Positions 1 through 13,523 are shown, numbered from the stretch's first letter. The stretch: DNA of 64,000 bases from Catajapyx aquilonaris (GCA_000934665.2 JYFJ02001349.1:1-64000); one strand, 5' to 3'. The notes: generated by a model from the sequence alone, not told the origin. Numbers and translations: made by a program.

Positions 1-544
1 GGCTACGCCCCCCCACACCCCCCCTTGGGGCTGCGCCCCACTTGGCGCGCCTTCGGCGCTATGCCCGTGTTCCGCCTAATCCATCCGGTTACAGAAATCA
101 GTGACGTCACCGGTAGCGATGAGGAGTTCCCGAACGTGCCCTCTCTGACGTATCGTTCAAAACAGCGCTTGGGACGACAGGTGGGACCATCTGTGACGTA
201 TCATTCCCACGACTCCAGGATTGAGCAGTGTAAAGCCAGGGGGTGTATGGGAGGGGGTGGCCCATTGTTCTCCTTCTTTACGACCATCTGCGGGCAAGGC
301 CACTCGGGGAACCGGGGGAGTTTGGGGATATACATTAATTTCGCGATCTCGGGTTTGCGTCTACATTTAATTTCGCGATCTCGAAAATGGCTGGGAAATT
401 CGCGGTTTTGAGGATTTTTGGATATTGTAACCCGGTGGCAAGGAATCCAACGGCGGAAGTCCGACGTCTCTGCGACGCCGGGAAGTGCGAAATCTTTTTC
501 ATCCTATATCCTCCTCCTCGGCGTGGGGCTTTATATATATTAGA
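1..544 (-). mobile_element. Probable non-autonomous Helitron, 5' end at 544, continuing beyond the window start
   Basis: The minus strand reads A|TCTAATATATATAAAG at 545-529, a typical Helitron 5'-TC terminus after an A. It contains a direct repeat TTAATTTCGCGATCTCG (~335-351 and ~367-383) and GC hairpins (GGGGCTGCGCCCC) at 1-60. The 3' CTRR end is not visible. Confidence 0.45.
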
Positions 545-550
545 TATTTG

Positions 551-927
551 GGAGGAGGGAGGTGCGGTGGCTGAGATGGTAACGTCTCGGCTTGCTGAGT
601 GACATGTCCCAGGTTCGATCCCCGCCTGGGAACCCCCTTTCACTTGCGTCGGCGACGGGCTCTGACCCGCACCTTGGGAGTGTCTGGCAACTTAACCCCC
701 TGGGAGACTGCACATGGCCCAACCTTGAGACATTGCCCTTGCACCCGTGTCCCCTCCCCAAAAATCCCTATCCTCTCCCATTGTCCTTGATTCCCTGCAC
801 CGGAGCTCGAAGAAAATGAAAAAAATATCTCAGAAAATATAGTGGTGTCCCACTCCCCCCTAAGAGAGCCGAGGGCTCTAGCACGGGACAGCAAAAATAA
901 ATAAATAAAATAAAATAAAATAAATAA
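551..927 (+). mobile_element. tRNA-derived SINE, family A
   Basis: A-box-like GTGGCTGAGATGG and B-box GGTTCGATCCC. The body is homologous to 44886-45228. It ends in the shared 3' stem-loop (855-887) and an A-rich (TAAAA)n tail. Confidence 0.85.
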
Positions 928-1908
928 GTTGATACTTTGGAATAACTTCGAGGGTCTATCGAAAATACTGTACTAAATATTTGCTTCGAATAGTGCGTGG
1001 AACAAGTGGAACGTTTGAAAAATATAAAGAACGGTCTAGGGCTTGAAAAATGGGTCCAATCATTGACCTACGGCGTAAGATATCAGTGAGTTAAATTTTG
1101 CACAACAAAACCGAATGTATTGTGCAGTGAACCAAAATATTCTCAAAGTTAATAAATACATAGGTTTCCAAATAATTGAACATATAGGGCTATTGAAAAT
1201 AAAGTTCCAAATTCGAAGCAAGTATTTTAATCTTAAAATAACATACATGCTGGGGGAAATATCATTAAACTTGAATAGCAAATGCAACATGGTATAATGA
1301 GCTCCATGATATTTCCACCAACTCGGTACAGTTGTGCCAACTTATAGCCGCAAATTACATCGATAAGGTCATAATCATGCCGCAGTCTGTCTTTCTTTAA
1401 ATCCATTTGTCGTCTAATTAGAGAAAACGGTTTAGCCTTCAAAAATTGCAAGTCCGTCAGTTCTTCAGTCTGGCAGTGCTTGTCTTCCGATCTCTAATCA
1501 TACCGAGATGACTGCCTCATCATCACCAGCGACGTTAATAAGCATCTTAGAGTAATTAAGGGCGTTGCTGACGCCTTCAAAAGTTCCCCCATAGCTTCCG
1601 TATTAGACTCCTTTACTCTCGACTCTTAAAGCCGCATTATGCGAGCCCGTGAAATTTGCCACCACTCTGAGGAATTTTGAGCCTCCCCCACCCCTTCCGC
1701 CCCAGATGGGTGTCTCGAGAGTTGCAAGAAATTTTTGGAATTTCCTCCGTGACTATGGTGATTAGCATTCTGCTCAGAGGTAGGGTGAATACTATCAAAG
1801 CCGTAAAATGACATCTTGCAAAGGTGAAACACACTGCAACCCATAGTACGAGTAGATTAGAAAAGGGAAGAGAACAATAACATCCTTTCACATCATTGAT
1901 TATACGAG

Positions 1909-4747
1909 ATGTTAGGCTCAAACCCCGAAAACGGCCATTGGGCGAAAAAAAAACCGTCCATTCTGCAGAATGCTTCATGTCAAACCCTCCATTCCGCAGA
2001 ATGCTCCTTTTCGAACCATCCATCCTGCAGAATGGACGGCCAGACCCCGAAATGCATTTTTCAAAAGGGCAGAACGCTTTCCTGGGATTAAACGTAAACG
2101 TTAGGACGCCAATTTCGTGTCGGGATGGCTGGTTTAGAAGACGCCCATAACTCGTTGTGGCAGGTTCCTGTTTCCCACTATGCCATGTAGATGCTGATGG
2201 AAATAAATCACCCTATTGTTGTTTGGCAAATGGTTGAAATACTTAACATTTGATGATGCTGTTTATTTTCCAGGAACTATTACCTTCATCATAAGAGGCG
2301 GGATTCCAATGTCCACTAGGCTCATTTGTGTCTTTTTGAGATTTGAGTTTTTGTTGTCATAAAGCATGGACTTATATGGCTTTGGAAAAATCCTCTGATT
2401 TCCGTGCTTGGACATTATTTTGGTATATTCTGACCTCAGGAGGAGGTGGGGTCGTGGGGAGTATCATAAGCTGCCAATTGACGTCCTCAGCTCATTTTTC
2501 TTGAAAATGCACTATGGGGACTTTGGAATCCGCCTCTAGCTTTCTAACAGGCACCGTCAGTCACACTTAGAATTACATTTAGTATTACTTGAAAGACATT
2601 TATATTTCTTATAAATGTATAACTTTTTGGAACTGCAACTTACGAGTCCCTGCTTACTACCTGAACTTAAAAGCTGAAGCCGATCCAAGAGATACAGATC
2701 TGGTGGAAGGAACTTGGTTCAGATCTATAAAATAATATTGGAATCAGCAGATATGAACTCATTACGAGCATACGGCCTCTCTAAAATTCCTTCTTTGGTG
2801 CCCAACTTGTAGAGACCAGATGCATTAATGTCGACAACAACCTCTAACACATTCCTGGGAGCCAAACGTCCTCAATCGACTTCAGGTACCCTAACCACGA
2901 CGCTTCTCCCTGTGTCGACAGGGAAAAGTCTTGAGGTGGACAGAGAAATCATTTGCTCAGGTTGTTTTTACTGATTGAAGCTTGCACTTTGACGCTTATT
3001 TTTGTACTCTCTTTCCTCGTAGGAGTGCTCCGACTTATACCCGCACTCACGTCTGAAATACCCAGCATTTACCCGCATTTTAAATTTTTACTGACTTCCT
3101 GTTATCCTTTAAATCACATTATTCGATTAGTTTTCGATGAAACAAATCGCTCAGGATGGCAGCAGCTTCGAGTTGTTCAGCTTCAGCATGAAAACTCTGA
3201 AATAGAGTACCTGATGTCGATCGAGAATATTTTTGGCTCCTATAGGAATGTGTCAGGGGTTATTTTAGGTTACGTTAGAGCATCTAGGCTCTACCAGAAG
3301 CGACACGGTGGCGGAGTGGTTAGCGCCGCAGCCTTCCACCTCTAAGGTCCCGAGTTCGATCCCCTGGTCGGACGGAGGATTGTTATGTGGATAGAGTTTC
3401 GATGGGTTCTCTCCGTGTTCGCGTGGGTTTTCTCGGGGTTCTCCCGTTTCCTCCCGCTATCAAAATCCACCACAGCGCAGGCAATGATTAAAGTCGGTTA
3501 AATAAAAGATGATCCCCTAAGAGGCCCATCAAGGAGGCCTAGCACGGGGTATCCATTATTATTATTATTATTATTATTATTATCTGGGCTCTACCAGTTG
3601 GGCACCAAAGGAGGCGTTTTAGAGAGACTGTATGGTCCCTAAGAGTTCACACCTGCTAATTCCAATTTTAAAGATGTGAACCAAGTTCCTTCCACCAAAT
3701 CTGTATCTCTTCGATCGGCTTCAGCTTTTAAGTTCAGGTAGTAAGCAGGGACTCATACGTTGTAGTTGCAAAAAGTACTACATTGATAAGACATGTATAT
3801 GTCGTTCAAGTAATACTAAATGTAATTCTAAGTGTGACTAACGGTGCCTGTTATAGAACGCTAGAGGCGGATTCCAAAGTCCCGTAAGTCCATTTTCAAG
3901 AAAAATGAGCTGAGGACATCGATTGGTATAGCTTATAGTACTCCTCACCTCTTCCTGAGGTCAGAATACACCAAATGTCCCTAGGTCCAAGCACGGAAAT
4001 CGGAGGATTTTTCCAAAGCCATATAAGTCCATATGCTTTATGACAACAAAAACTCGAATCTCAAAAGGACACAAATGGGCCTAGGAGACATTGAAATCCC
4101 GCCTCTTATGATGAAGGTAATAGTTCCTGCATAAATTTGCATAAATCTACCGGAAAACTTGTGCATTAAATGCACATTCAAATTTAACAGTTGTGAACTA
4201 TCAGCTTTTCAGATCTTATGTGGCTCAGTTCGTTTCATTTAAAAATATTAAAAGTAATTTCTCTAACGTAAATTCTCTTAAATCGTGCTATTTGGATTGG
4301 AGTTCCTTTTGTGAGGACAGTAAATGTAAATTCTTGATTTTGATTAGCTTTTGTATTATTGTGGATGATGAGATACATTGGCACGGGGCCTTTATGATCA
4401 GGACGCCGTAACTCTGACACAGTTCCTGAAAAATAAACAGCATCATCAAATGTTAAGTATTTCAACCATTTGCCAAACAACAATAGGGTGATTTATTTCC
4501 AGCATCTACATGGCATAGTATGAAACAGGAAACTGCCACAACGAGTTATGGGCGTCTTCTAAACCAGCCATCCCGACACGAAATTTGTTTCCTAACGTTT
4601 ACGTTTAATCCCAGGAAAGCGTTCTGGTCTTTTAAAAAAAGCATTTCTGCCGTCCATTCTGCTGAATGGATGGTTCGAAAAGGAGCATTCTGCAGAATTG
4701 ACAATTTTTTTCGCCCAATGGCCGTTTTCGGGGTTTGAGCCTAACAT
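1909..4747. mobile_element. Foldback-type non-autonomous DNA transposon with ~1 kb inverted arms
   Basis: 1909-2893 is the reverse complement of 3203-4747 once the SINE (3298-3581) and an extra segment (4130-4428) are removed. Termini are ATGTTAGGCTCAAACCCCGAAAACGGCCATTGGGCG and its exact reverse complement ending at 4747. The spacer is ~310 bp and no transposase is seen. Confidence 0.9.
3298..3581 (+). mobile_element. tRNA-derived SINE, family C (V-domain-like body), inserted in the foldback arm
   Basis: Head GCGGAGTGGTTAGCG...GAGTTCGATCCC. Body GTTCTCTCCGTGTTCGCGTGGGTTTTCTCGGGGTTCTCCCGTTTCCTCCC resembles the V-SINE domain. Shared 3' stem-loop and (TAT)n tail. 16-bp TSD ATCT(A/G)GGCTCTACCAG at 3282-3297 and 3582-3597. 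Confidence 0.9.
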
Positions 4748-7700
4748 ATACACCTCGTAGCATTTTTCAACCTATGTTGAATGGAAGCAACTGAACTCAT
4801 TTCCGCAACGGTGCAAGTCAAAAGAAATTCCTTGGTTATTTTGTAGAAAGAAAATTACATAATGTTTCACACAGTACCTGGCCATTACAAATGTTCCACT
4901 TTCATACGCAGTATGAAAATGATCATTAATTTGCTGGGGAAAATGGCACTTTCTGGAACCCCCATATCCAAGACGTAGGAAATGACCCCACAATTAGTAC
5001 ACTCACCAACTTAAATCACAGCATAATAGCCTCCACGTGCCTCCAATTCCATACGCCCAAACAAATTCCCTCATTTATCTTCAGGGTGCTGCTTTAATTC
5101 GGTACTACATTTGAAGCACCTGGAGTGGCAGCCTTAAAAATAAGAGAATCGAGGGGAGAAAAAGGCTTGGGTTTCTTTCTCAATAGCATTTCCCGCCATC
5201 CTGACCGTCTCCCGTCGAAAATTTCCATCCGGTACAATAGTGAAAAAAAGAAGACCACGAGGAGAATGGGAAAAAGGAGGGGTCGGTTTGCCGGGAAGAA
5301 GAGGATACTCCCTTCTCCCCAGATTGCAACTGCTGTCAATTTGGATGAGTCGTGGGATCCCGCAGGCTATGGCACCACCACGTTTCAACCTCAACCTTAC
5401 AATTGATTTCCACCCCCCCCCCCCATCCATCCAACCCTACCCTTCCTTTTGCTTTCTCCCTACCCTTTCAAATGAAAGTTCAAAAAAAACTCGGCACCTG
5501 CCATCTTTTGTCCTGTCAATCCAACAGGACCATTTCCAGTGGGACACTATTGCGTGTCTCCAATTAAGATGGCGACGCTTGATGAGCAACAGGAAAACCG
5601 CAAAACATCGTCCAATAAAGGTAATTGGTGTGTCAATTGAAACGCTGGACAGATCCTGTTCAAAAGTTTACAGAGTTGTTCTTTTTGTGGCTGGCAGAGG
5701 TGCCCATGTTACACTACCGCAATATTGCGAGTCATGCGTAACTAACTGCAACAAACGACCAATTTTTGTACACTACAGTACAGCCCCGCCGCATTATAAC
5801 TACAGAGTGTCGCTATCCAACTGAATAATCAGACGCATTTTTATAATATTGCATCATTAAGTACACACTGGCTACACGGTAACTGTCCGTTATTTCTGGT
5901 GGGACAAAGATCGACCTTAAGCGTTGCTGCTGAAATCATGTAATTAGCGAGCAACCCTGATCAATGACCAATCCGTTTAAATTTGGTGTGGTCTGATGAG
6001 ATCATCTGAGGTCCATTGAAGTGGTCCTCCCCTGGTAGCCATCTTTTTTTGTGTGTGAAGCGTGAGGGAGCGGAACGTTTCACATTAATTAGGAAATGGG
6101 GAAGGGAATTTCATTTATAAAAGTTGCCTCGCTTCCTGAGATATGACCCCTACTTTTTGCTCCTTCTTGTACAGGGAGCGCGTGGCAGTTAATGCGCCAG
6201 GCAATTTTTCACATGCCAGTGCTAATTCATGCGGCCTCTGATGATGCTTTTTTGGGACCAACACTGACCATTATTATATGCATCCTGCTCTTCTCTTCTT
6301 TGCCACAGTGTATGGATTTTCCGAAACTTTCCGCAATGCAAGTGAATAAATAATTCGTGAAAACATGTGCATTCAAGCGGCCACACTCAGCCATGTTTGT
6401 TGCTGCCTTGTCATGCGGCCACGCCTGGCTCATGTCATGTGTGAGAGAGCTATATTCTTATTGGATACATGCCAGAATGTTCACAGGCCAAAAAGTATAC
6501 GCCATATGATTTCTGTAACTGTAGGCATAAATTCGGAACTTGCCAACTTGTAATAATGATCATAATTGGCATTGAAAAAGAGCATAATGGTGACTTGTTA
6601 CCTGATCCTTGAACCTGGAACCTCACTAACACCCCCAATTTAAAAGTAATGCCTCAGTAAGTGGTGGCCCATTAAGATTAACAAGAAATTGTAACACATT
6701 TCAACCTGGGGGTCTCTCAGGCGAGCGTGCATAATTCAAGGGAATAATTAGACTGTCGTTCCACCCAATTCGGTCCTCCTTATACCAAGCCTGACCCCCT
6801 GGTTGCCATCCTACTTGAGCTGGGGCTCATCTGTCGTCATTTTGGGACACCCCCACCTGAACTATCTCCCCCCCGTTTTACAGGTTTTCCGAACTCAATC
6901 CAGCCACTTCTCATGGGGGCAAAAGAGGACATCCATAAATTATATCGGCTCTGGTCCTTCCCCCACATGAAATTTTAACTTTGTTATTGAGCCTTATTTT
7001 TGGTCGTGCACGGGATGAAATGGCGCTGCGGCTCCTGCTTTGGGCTTTTATTAGATCTGCAGACCGGTAACATCAGCCTACCCTGGGTCACACTGTTGGC
7101 CCCTTTTTTCACCGAGATAATGTAGTTGGTCGGAGAAAGGGTAGGAATATCGCATTAGTATTAATCCGGCTTGAACAATAGCCTAATAATAGAGAGAGAG
7201 AAAATATTAGAAAATAACAAATCTTCATTCTGGATACTTAAGACGCAAGTTTGATTGAGAAAGAAAAGCAGGTCATATCCCAAATGTATAATATGCCACT
7301 GTAGTGCCAGAATTCAAGTAGACACGTATAGAGAACTATTTTAATAACCAAGGCAGTAGCTCGGTAATTTTAACGATAGTCGTGGCTTTGTTGGAGAATA
7401 AATAAATGAGTAAAGGAGGCCAAAATCAAGTTCACTCGGTGCAATCAAATTATGACCAGCATCCTGCCATCTGAAATTCAATCATTAGGAGTAGACTTGA
7501 TACTAAAGTTGGGGAAGGTTTCCTCTCAGAATTTCCCGGAAGCCCTTCCAAACTGCACTCTTTGTTTGTTCGTGACTAGAAAGGGAAGGCAAATTTCTTT
7601 TCCCGTCTGTGTTATATGAATAAAATAACGAGTCGAACCTCCACGATAGAGTAATCAGGTAAGTGTCATCATTTGAAGATAACTTTACAAAAACACTTGT

Positions 7701-7749
7701 CATAATCGACTGAATCAGCGAAAATGAAGATCTTAGACCTGGATTTGCA

Positions 7750-8250
7750 TGGGACTGACAAGATTATCCTCTGACTGACTCTGCAATCACACACAGCGAA
7801 CTTGCACTTCAATATAGAGTATGAAGGCAGGAATTGGTATGGATAGCACTGTTTCATATTGCATGTCAATGGGAGTCGCAGGAGATAACCAGGTGATTCT
7901 GGAGACTGATCGAAAGAGGTCATCATATCCATATAGGATTTTCTGCAATTATTCAAAATGCACTGGGTGTGTCGTACGAAGGAAAGTACCATATTATATT
8001 GTCTAGGTGAGAAGAAGACAGTCTAGAATGATTGTGAGCCAAAATTATTGATCAAAACTTTGCTCGAGTAGGCCTAATTCCGGATAAGAAGAAGTCAGCA
8101 TTAAACAGCGTTCGTGCTTCCTGCTGCAGTCGCTTAGAGATTCCGAGATTGGCTTCCGGCAGATGTTGTGTGACAGCTGCCAGTTATTCATTCCAAATGT
8201 TTAGCAGGATGTATACACTGCAAAGAACTATTGATTTCAAGGCGTAGGTC
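7750..8250 (+). pseudogene. Possible highly decayed non-LTR retrotransposon ORF2 (RT) fragment
   Basis: Mixed-frame peptides occur in LINE RT order: DSAITHSEL, MKAGIGMDSTVSYCM (cf. PGPDGI), QWESQEI, KEVIISI, RMIV, EIGFRQMLCDSCQL (cf. QxGFR..ST..QL), IDFKA (cf. IDFxKAFD). Many stops and frameshifts. Confidence 0.3.
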
Positions 8251-10476
8251 TATCGAACCTTGCCAAGTTTTAACATCCCGTATTTCTTGGCTATTAACTT
8301 TGCTTTTTGGTAAAGAGTTAGCAACAATGAAATGCATGCAGTTACAGATTTCCACACGTTAAGAACATCCCAGATTTGTGCTACCCCCCAATACAATCCA
8401 AGCAATGGAAGTGCATGTGCCATCTCAAATTTGACTATATACTTGTATGAATTCCGGCATGAAAATCTGGGTATGAAAATAGCAGTAGTCATTAATATCA
8501 TTTGGAATATCAAAGCAACCGAGAGAGACGGTGTGTGTAAGAGGCAAACTCATTGAAATGTTAGGTTAATTTGAAAAGTTATTGATCTGCCAAAATTTCC
8601 TGGATTTGTGGTCCATGTAAGATATCTTTGAAGCACATACATTGCACTTTCTGAAGGAGAACAGGGGCGAAATCACCATGTATAAGTAGCCTAGTTGTTA
8701 TTGACAAAATTAAAATTGAAATCGATCAAATACACCAGTAGCTCCAGCTGTAAAATTCATGTTGTGCAAGCGCAGACTAGCAAACAACAGGCATTCAGAA
8801 ATGCCTTTGAATAGGAGGGTCCTAAATGAAAAACAAAACAAGCGGATCGATTGAAAATTAATGGTGTCTGACACACCCCTATTCCCTTACAGCTGTTGGG
8901 TCTTTCAAACGTTAGTATTCGATCCCAATTTGGGGCGTCATCGAGAAAGGCAGAACTTGGCCTCCTCTTCCTTTTGACGCCAGCAAGGGAACTGCTAGAG
9001 TCGAGTGGAGTGTCGTAAAAGTGCGCTTCCTAAACATTACGAGCATGAGCTCGAATGAGAAGCGGCCAAATGGGGTGATGAGAAAAACGTGCGAGGACAC
9101 ATCCAGGAGTGGTTAAGGGGGTACACTGGAGGTAGAGGAGGAGCGGGGGATAAAGGAAATTATACCTTGGGGAGCGGCCAATGTCCACTTGACCGTGTTC
9201 TCCTCTCCTTTTTGGAAGCGGCCTCTCGTGTCCGGGCTGCCAATGTGACGTGTGCCGTGTAAAGCAGGATTACGAGGAGAGCTTCCAGCAGCCACTTTTC
9301 AGATAACGCCAACTTTGTTTTATTTCGCCAACAATTTGGCTGGCCAAAAGAGAGGACAGCCATCTTCCTTTCCAAGGCAGTCTACTCAGCTAGCAACCGA
9401 GCCAACATAATACTCTATATCATTCTGTGCTGGATTGACCACAATTGCCACAGGAACGTCTCAAGAACTGGAATATTCATGACACGGATAGATACAGAGA
9501 GTTATCATGTGTCACCAGCGGCATGGCCTATACACACAGCTGACACAGGAATTTCTTTGTCACAAAGGCAGGCAAGAATGTGAGGGTGCGAAATGGCAAA
9601 ACACCCACCATTAGGCCTAACGACGCCTGTGAAGCGGCGTCAACGGCACGAGCTTCACAGGCACAGTAGGAGGCACGCAATCGAGAGAAAATGGTATATT
9701 ACAAAGCAGAAAGGGAGAGGAACAAAATACTTTGTAGGCGACAAGCAGGACTGCCAGGAGATTTATTATTATGCATTAAAACATTACTCAATTTGCACGT
9801 AGTGTAGCTTCCTCTGGCTTGTCTACTGAATTTGGTGTCTCTGCACCTGGTCGTCTTACATACAGTATTATCGGATTTTGTGCGTGTGAAAAGCTCGTGG
9901 CGACATGTCCAGTGGCGTCTACGTCGTTAACGGTCGGTGCCTCATCAATGCGCAAAAACACATTTTCTATTTATTTTGGACCATGGCCGCACAATATTCT
10001 GGCTCTGTGCCTGGACCATACAAAAACCAGCATTACAAGTAGAAGCACAGCTATATAGTCGAATTATACCACAGCTTGTAGAGTTTGCCTTTATTGTTAC
10101 GACAATAAAAATGATAGCATACAAACGTCTCTCGACATATTCACTTGCATATAAAGTGATCAATAAAAATAGCGAAATGTTTCATATTTTCACAAGCCCG
10201 ACATTGAGAGTGAAAATTATTGCATTTGAGTTTTGGCGCAGCCTAATACCATCCTACCCCAAGGGGCCCAAGGAAAGGGCTCCCTATTCTCACCACTCTG
10301 CCAGGCCATTCCGCAGCCTATATACCTGCCTGACTCTACACATAGAGAGCTGCAACCGTTACAATATTAATTGTGCCTAATTAGCAAAACTCCATGCACC
10401 AAGAGCATCACATGCGCATGAATTAGTGCAACTACGCGACACACTGCGCAATTCAAGAGAGAACATTATTTGCTCG

Positions 10477-10521
10477 TGTGTGTGAGAGAGAGGGGGGGGA
10501 GGGAGAGAGAGAGAGAGAGAG
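10477..10521. repeat. (TG)n/(GA)n/G-run compound microsatellite
   Basis: tgtgtgtgagagagagggggggga gggagagagagagagagagag. Confidence 0.9.
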
Positions 10522-12230
10522 TCAGAGTCAGTTCTGAATGCACACTTTGACCTGTGAGGACTATTACGCACCTGAAAGCAACAGCGGCTGAAAGGGAATT
10601 GTTCCGCTTGAATCACTCCATATTGAGCATGTTATAAAACTAGGTTCGTGCGCTGGACACTGTTTCATCTCTCCTCTATATAGGTCTATCCCGGTACTGT
10701 ATACTTCCACTGCTTCATATTGATCAAAAGTCCAACATTTGTACACTAGACATCCGGGGGGACATTATGCCAGCATGCTGCCTTGCTCGGTCTCTTGGGG
10801 AAAAAATTCTCGGAATGTAATTTTGCCTGACTAGTGTACATCTACATCTGCCATTCTATGCCAAGAGAAACTGGATCGAAATACCTGCACCGCAGAGGAC
10901 GGCAGGGTGATTCAACAAGGACCACCCACTTCATACGACGAATACTTGGTGTTCAGGTCTCCGAGCTATTTAATTTTCTTGAAAGAATGCACATTATATT
11001 TGGATGACAACAAATGTTCAGAAAATAATAATTATCTCATTTTTGTAATCAACAATCTTTAGACACTTTACTTAGTTGCAACTTTATAGGGACATAAATG
11101 GTAAAACGTAATATTTATCCAGCACTTTTTATAAATTTTGCAGGTTTCAAATTGGCACTCCATTGAGGTAAAATATTTGTTCTGGAAATTATAACCAGAC
11201 AGTGTATATTAATACTAACAGGCACAGGATATTAAGTAAGCCTACATTCATTTGCAAATTGTATTAATGTTCCCCAGGTGATCATTATTTTATGGACAGG
11301 TATCTTGGTTGGTGTCTGTCACCCCGTTTTAGAGGTAACTGGCTTAAAACACAAAGCACACAATCCTTCATTGAAGCCTGCCTTGCTAATTTAAAAGCCG
11401 CTGTTACCGTGCCGTTTTAAAAATAAATAAAGGCCTGTTCGTGTGGCCAGTCGCTGAAAGAATCAGTGTCAGTGGCATTCCCAGTGCAAAATGACACAAA
11501 TGAACAAGAATTGGAGTAAACCTGGATATATATTTTTATTATACTGTAAAATATTAAATTGCATCCGAATTTTGTAGAAGAAATTTATTCAATCAATAAT
11601 AACATTCCCATACATTTACTGCAAACTCTATCCACAGCGATAAGCTGTGAGTGTTTTACAGAGTAAAAGCATTTTCGCCGTGAGTATGGCAATTTGGATG
11701 ACGAAAAACGAGGAATTTGCTCACACAGCATCAAAAATTGAGATACGATCATAATATGCCCTTCGGAACAGAAAATGAAGGAGAAATTAATAAGCTTTGG
11801 GTTTTCCATATGGCCGCCTATCATGTAGTCGAATGTGGTCGAGCAAATCTCATTATTTCCACCAATGAAGCTCTGACAAAACCAGTTCTGCAAGCAAAAT
11901 CATCTACTTCTGAGAATAAATGACGATTATTTGCAAGCGCTAACAGCTAATTCTAACTTTCATAATTGCAACCACCTGAATCCAATAAAGTTCTATATTA
12001 TTTTGTGCTTTGAAAATTATAAGCAAACTACAAACAAACATTGCTGTAATTGGGTTTTAAATTCTCGAATTAACAGGAATTTTCAGGAGATGCCTATGTT
12101 TACAAGACTGGAACTTGTAGGAGCTGCTGCCTTGTTTTTTTTCTTTGCATTATGTAGGAGTAGGGTCTGCGTCCTATTACAGGCTGCTATATGCGCTTTT
12201 TAAACTAGTACCAAAATATTCTGCTGAAAT

Positions 12231-12401
12231 GATGAAAATGATGATGATTATCGGTTACCCAGCGATAGGCCTCTTTGAGGATCATGTTTTAAAGTCCCGG
12301 TCGACTTTATTAATCGCTGAACTGCTGATGAGGAAACTGGCGAACCCATCTCATGGTTATCGAGAGCTTGGCCGCCAAGCATAGCACTCTTATGCCTATG
12401 G
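12231..12401 (-). mobile_element. Degraded SINE copy, probably family C
   Basis: The minus strand has ...ACATGATCCTCAAAGAGGCCTATCGCTGGGTAA followed by a (CAT)n tail, resembling the family C 3' end. A B-box remnant (CGAACCC on the plus strand) lies at ~12341. Confidence 0.45.
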
Positions 12402-13040
12402 TTCAACATTTAGAAACTCTCCTAACTCCAAAAACTAAGTTACAGTATATAGGAAGATGTTTCTTATTACATGAACATTCCTTGCTGAATTGGAAAATCG
12501 AGCTTGGGCTCTTCGCAACATTCCCTAGCAGCGTCCGTCGTAATAGAAGACAGGCATGTGAAGATTGTGGTATCACAGATTTCGAAAAAAAATCAGAAAA
12601 AAAGTTTTTAAAGAAAATTTTATGCTTTCAAGGGACATGTCAGGCTCACGGGCTCTATTTTACATGAAGGCCTGCTAATGAGATGCATGCAAATATTTCA
12701 AAACAAAGTGTAGCGATTATATTATATTCTGGTAGTAATCTTTACCTAAACCGTATAGTCTGTATGAAGCAACATATATGACTTTAATGTGGGGGGGGGG
12801 GAGTTATAAACGATTAAACGTTTTCAGCTATCAGTGACATAAACGTCCCACGTAAAGGTCTGCTGAAGTGCTAGCAGGCAAGCAATCCGTTGTGAGGTCA
12901 GCGCGATATGTCCAATAATAATCAGCAATTTGGAGGGTCGGATGCACGCGAGGTTCGCGCCCCAATGTGGATGTATACTTAAGCGTTTCTTTTATTTTCC
13001 TTTGTTGATGTTAATTTGTTCCTTTTTCAAAGCTTGAAAG

Positions 13041-13222
<182 letters not shown>

Positions 13223-13243
13223 GTTACCAATACAGTGTATTCA

Positions 13244-13523
13244 ACCGAAGCAGGTTGGTGTAGGGGATAAGGAGCCCGCCTGCTAATCGGGAGGTCCTGG
13301 GTTCGAATCCCGGGGCCGCGGCCGGCGACCCTGATCATGGTTTTCTGTGATTTTCCATGGTCCCCTCCAGGACAATTCCGGGGTCGTTTCCGTAAAAATA
13401 GGCCACCTGGCCACAGCCGCTTCCTTCCTTCCCTATCCTTGGTCCCATCCAATGGAGGTAATCCACCCCCCTAAGGGAGCCAACGGCTCTAGCACGGGGT
13501 ATGATAAATAAAAAAATAAAAAA
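13244..13523 (+). mobile_element. tRNA(Ser-like)-derived SINE, family B
   Basis: Head ACCGAAGCAGG..CTGCTAAT..GGTTCGAATCCC. Body GGTTTTCTGTG..GGCCACAGCCGCTTCCTTCC. Shared 3' stem-loop. Perfect 15-bp TSD AATACAGTGTATTCA at 13229-13243 and 13524-13538. Confidence 0.92.

Noticed and set aside
640..722. HDV-like ribozyme in the family A body (GGCAAC motif)
   Set aside because: No P1 partner or P3/L3 nested pseudoknot could be built; the fold fits a simple multibranch structure instead.
5125..5824. Overlapping ORFs up to 194 aa
   Set aside because: No recognisable domain, low-complexity composition and overlapping frames on both strands; consistent with chance.
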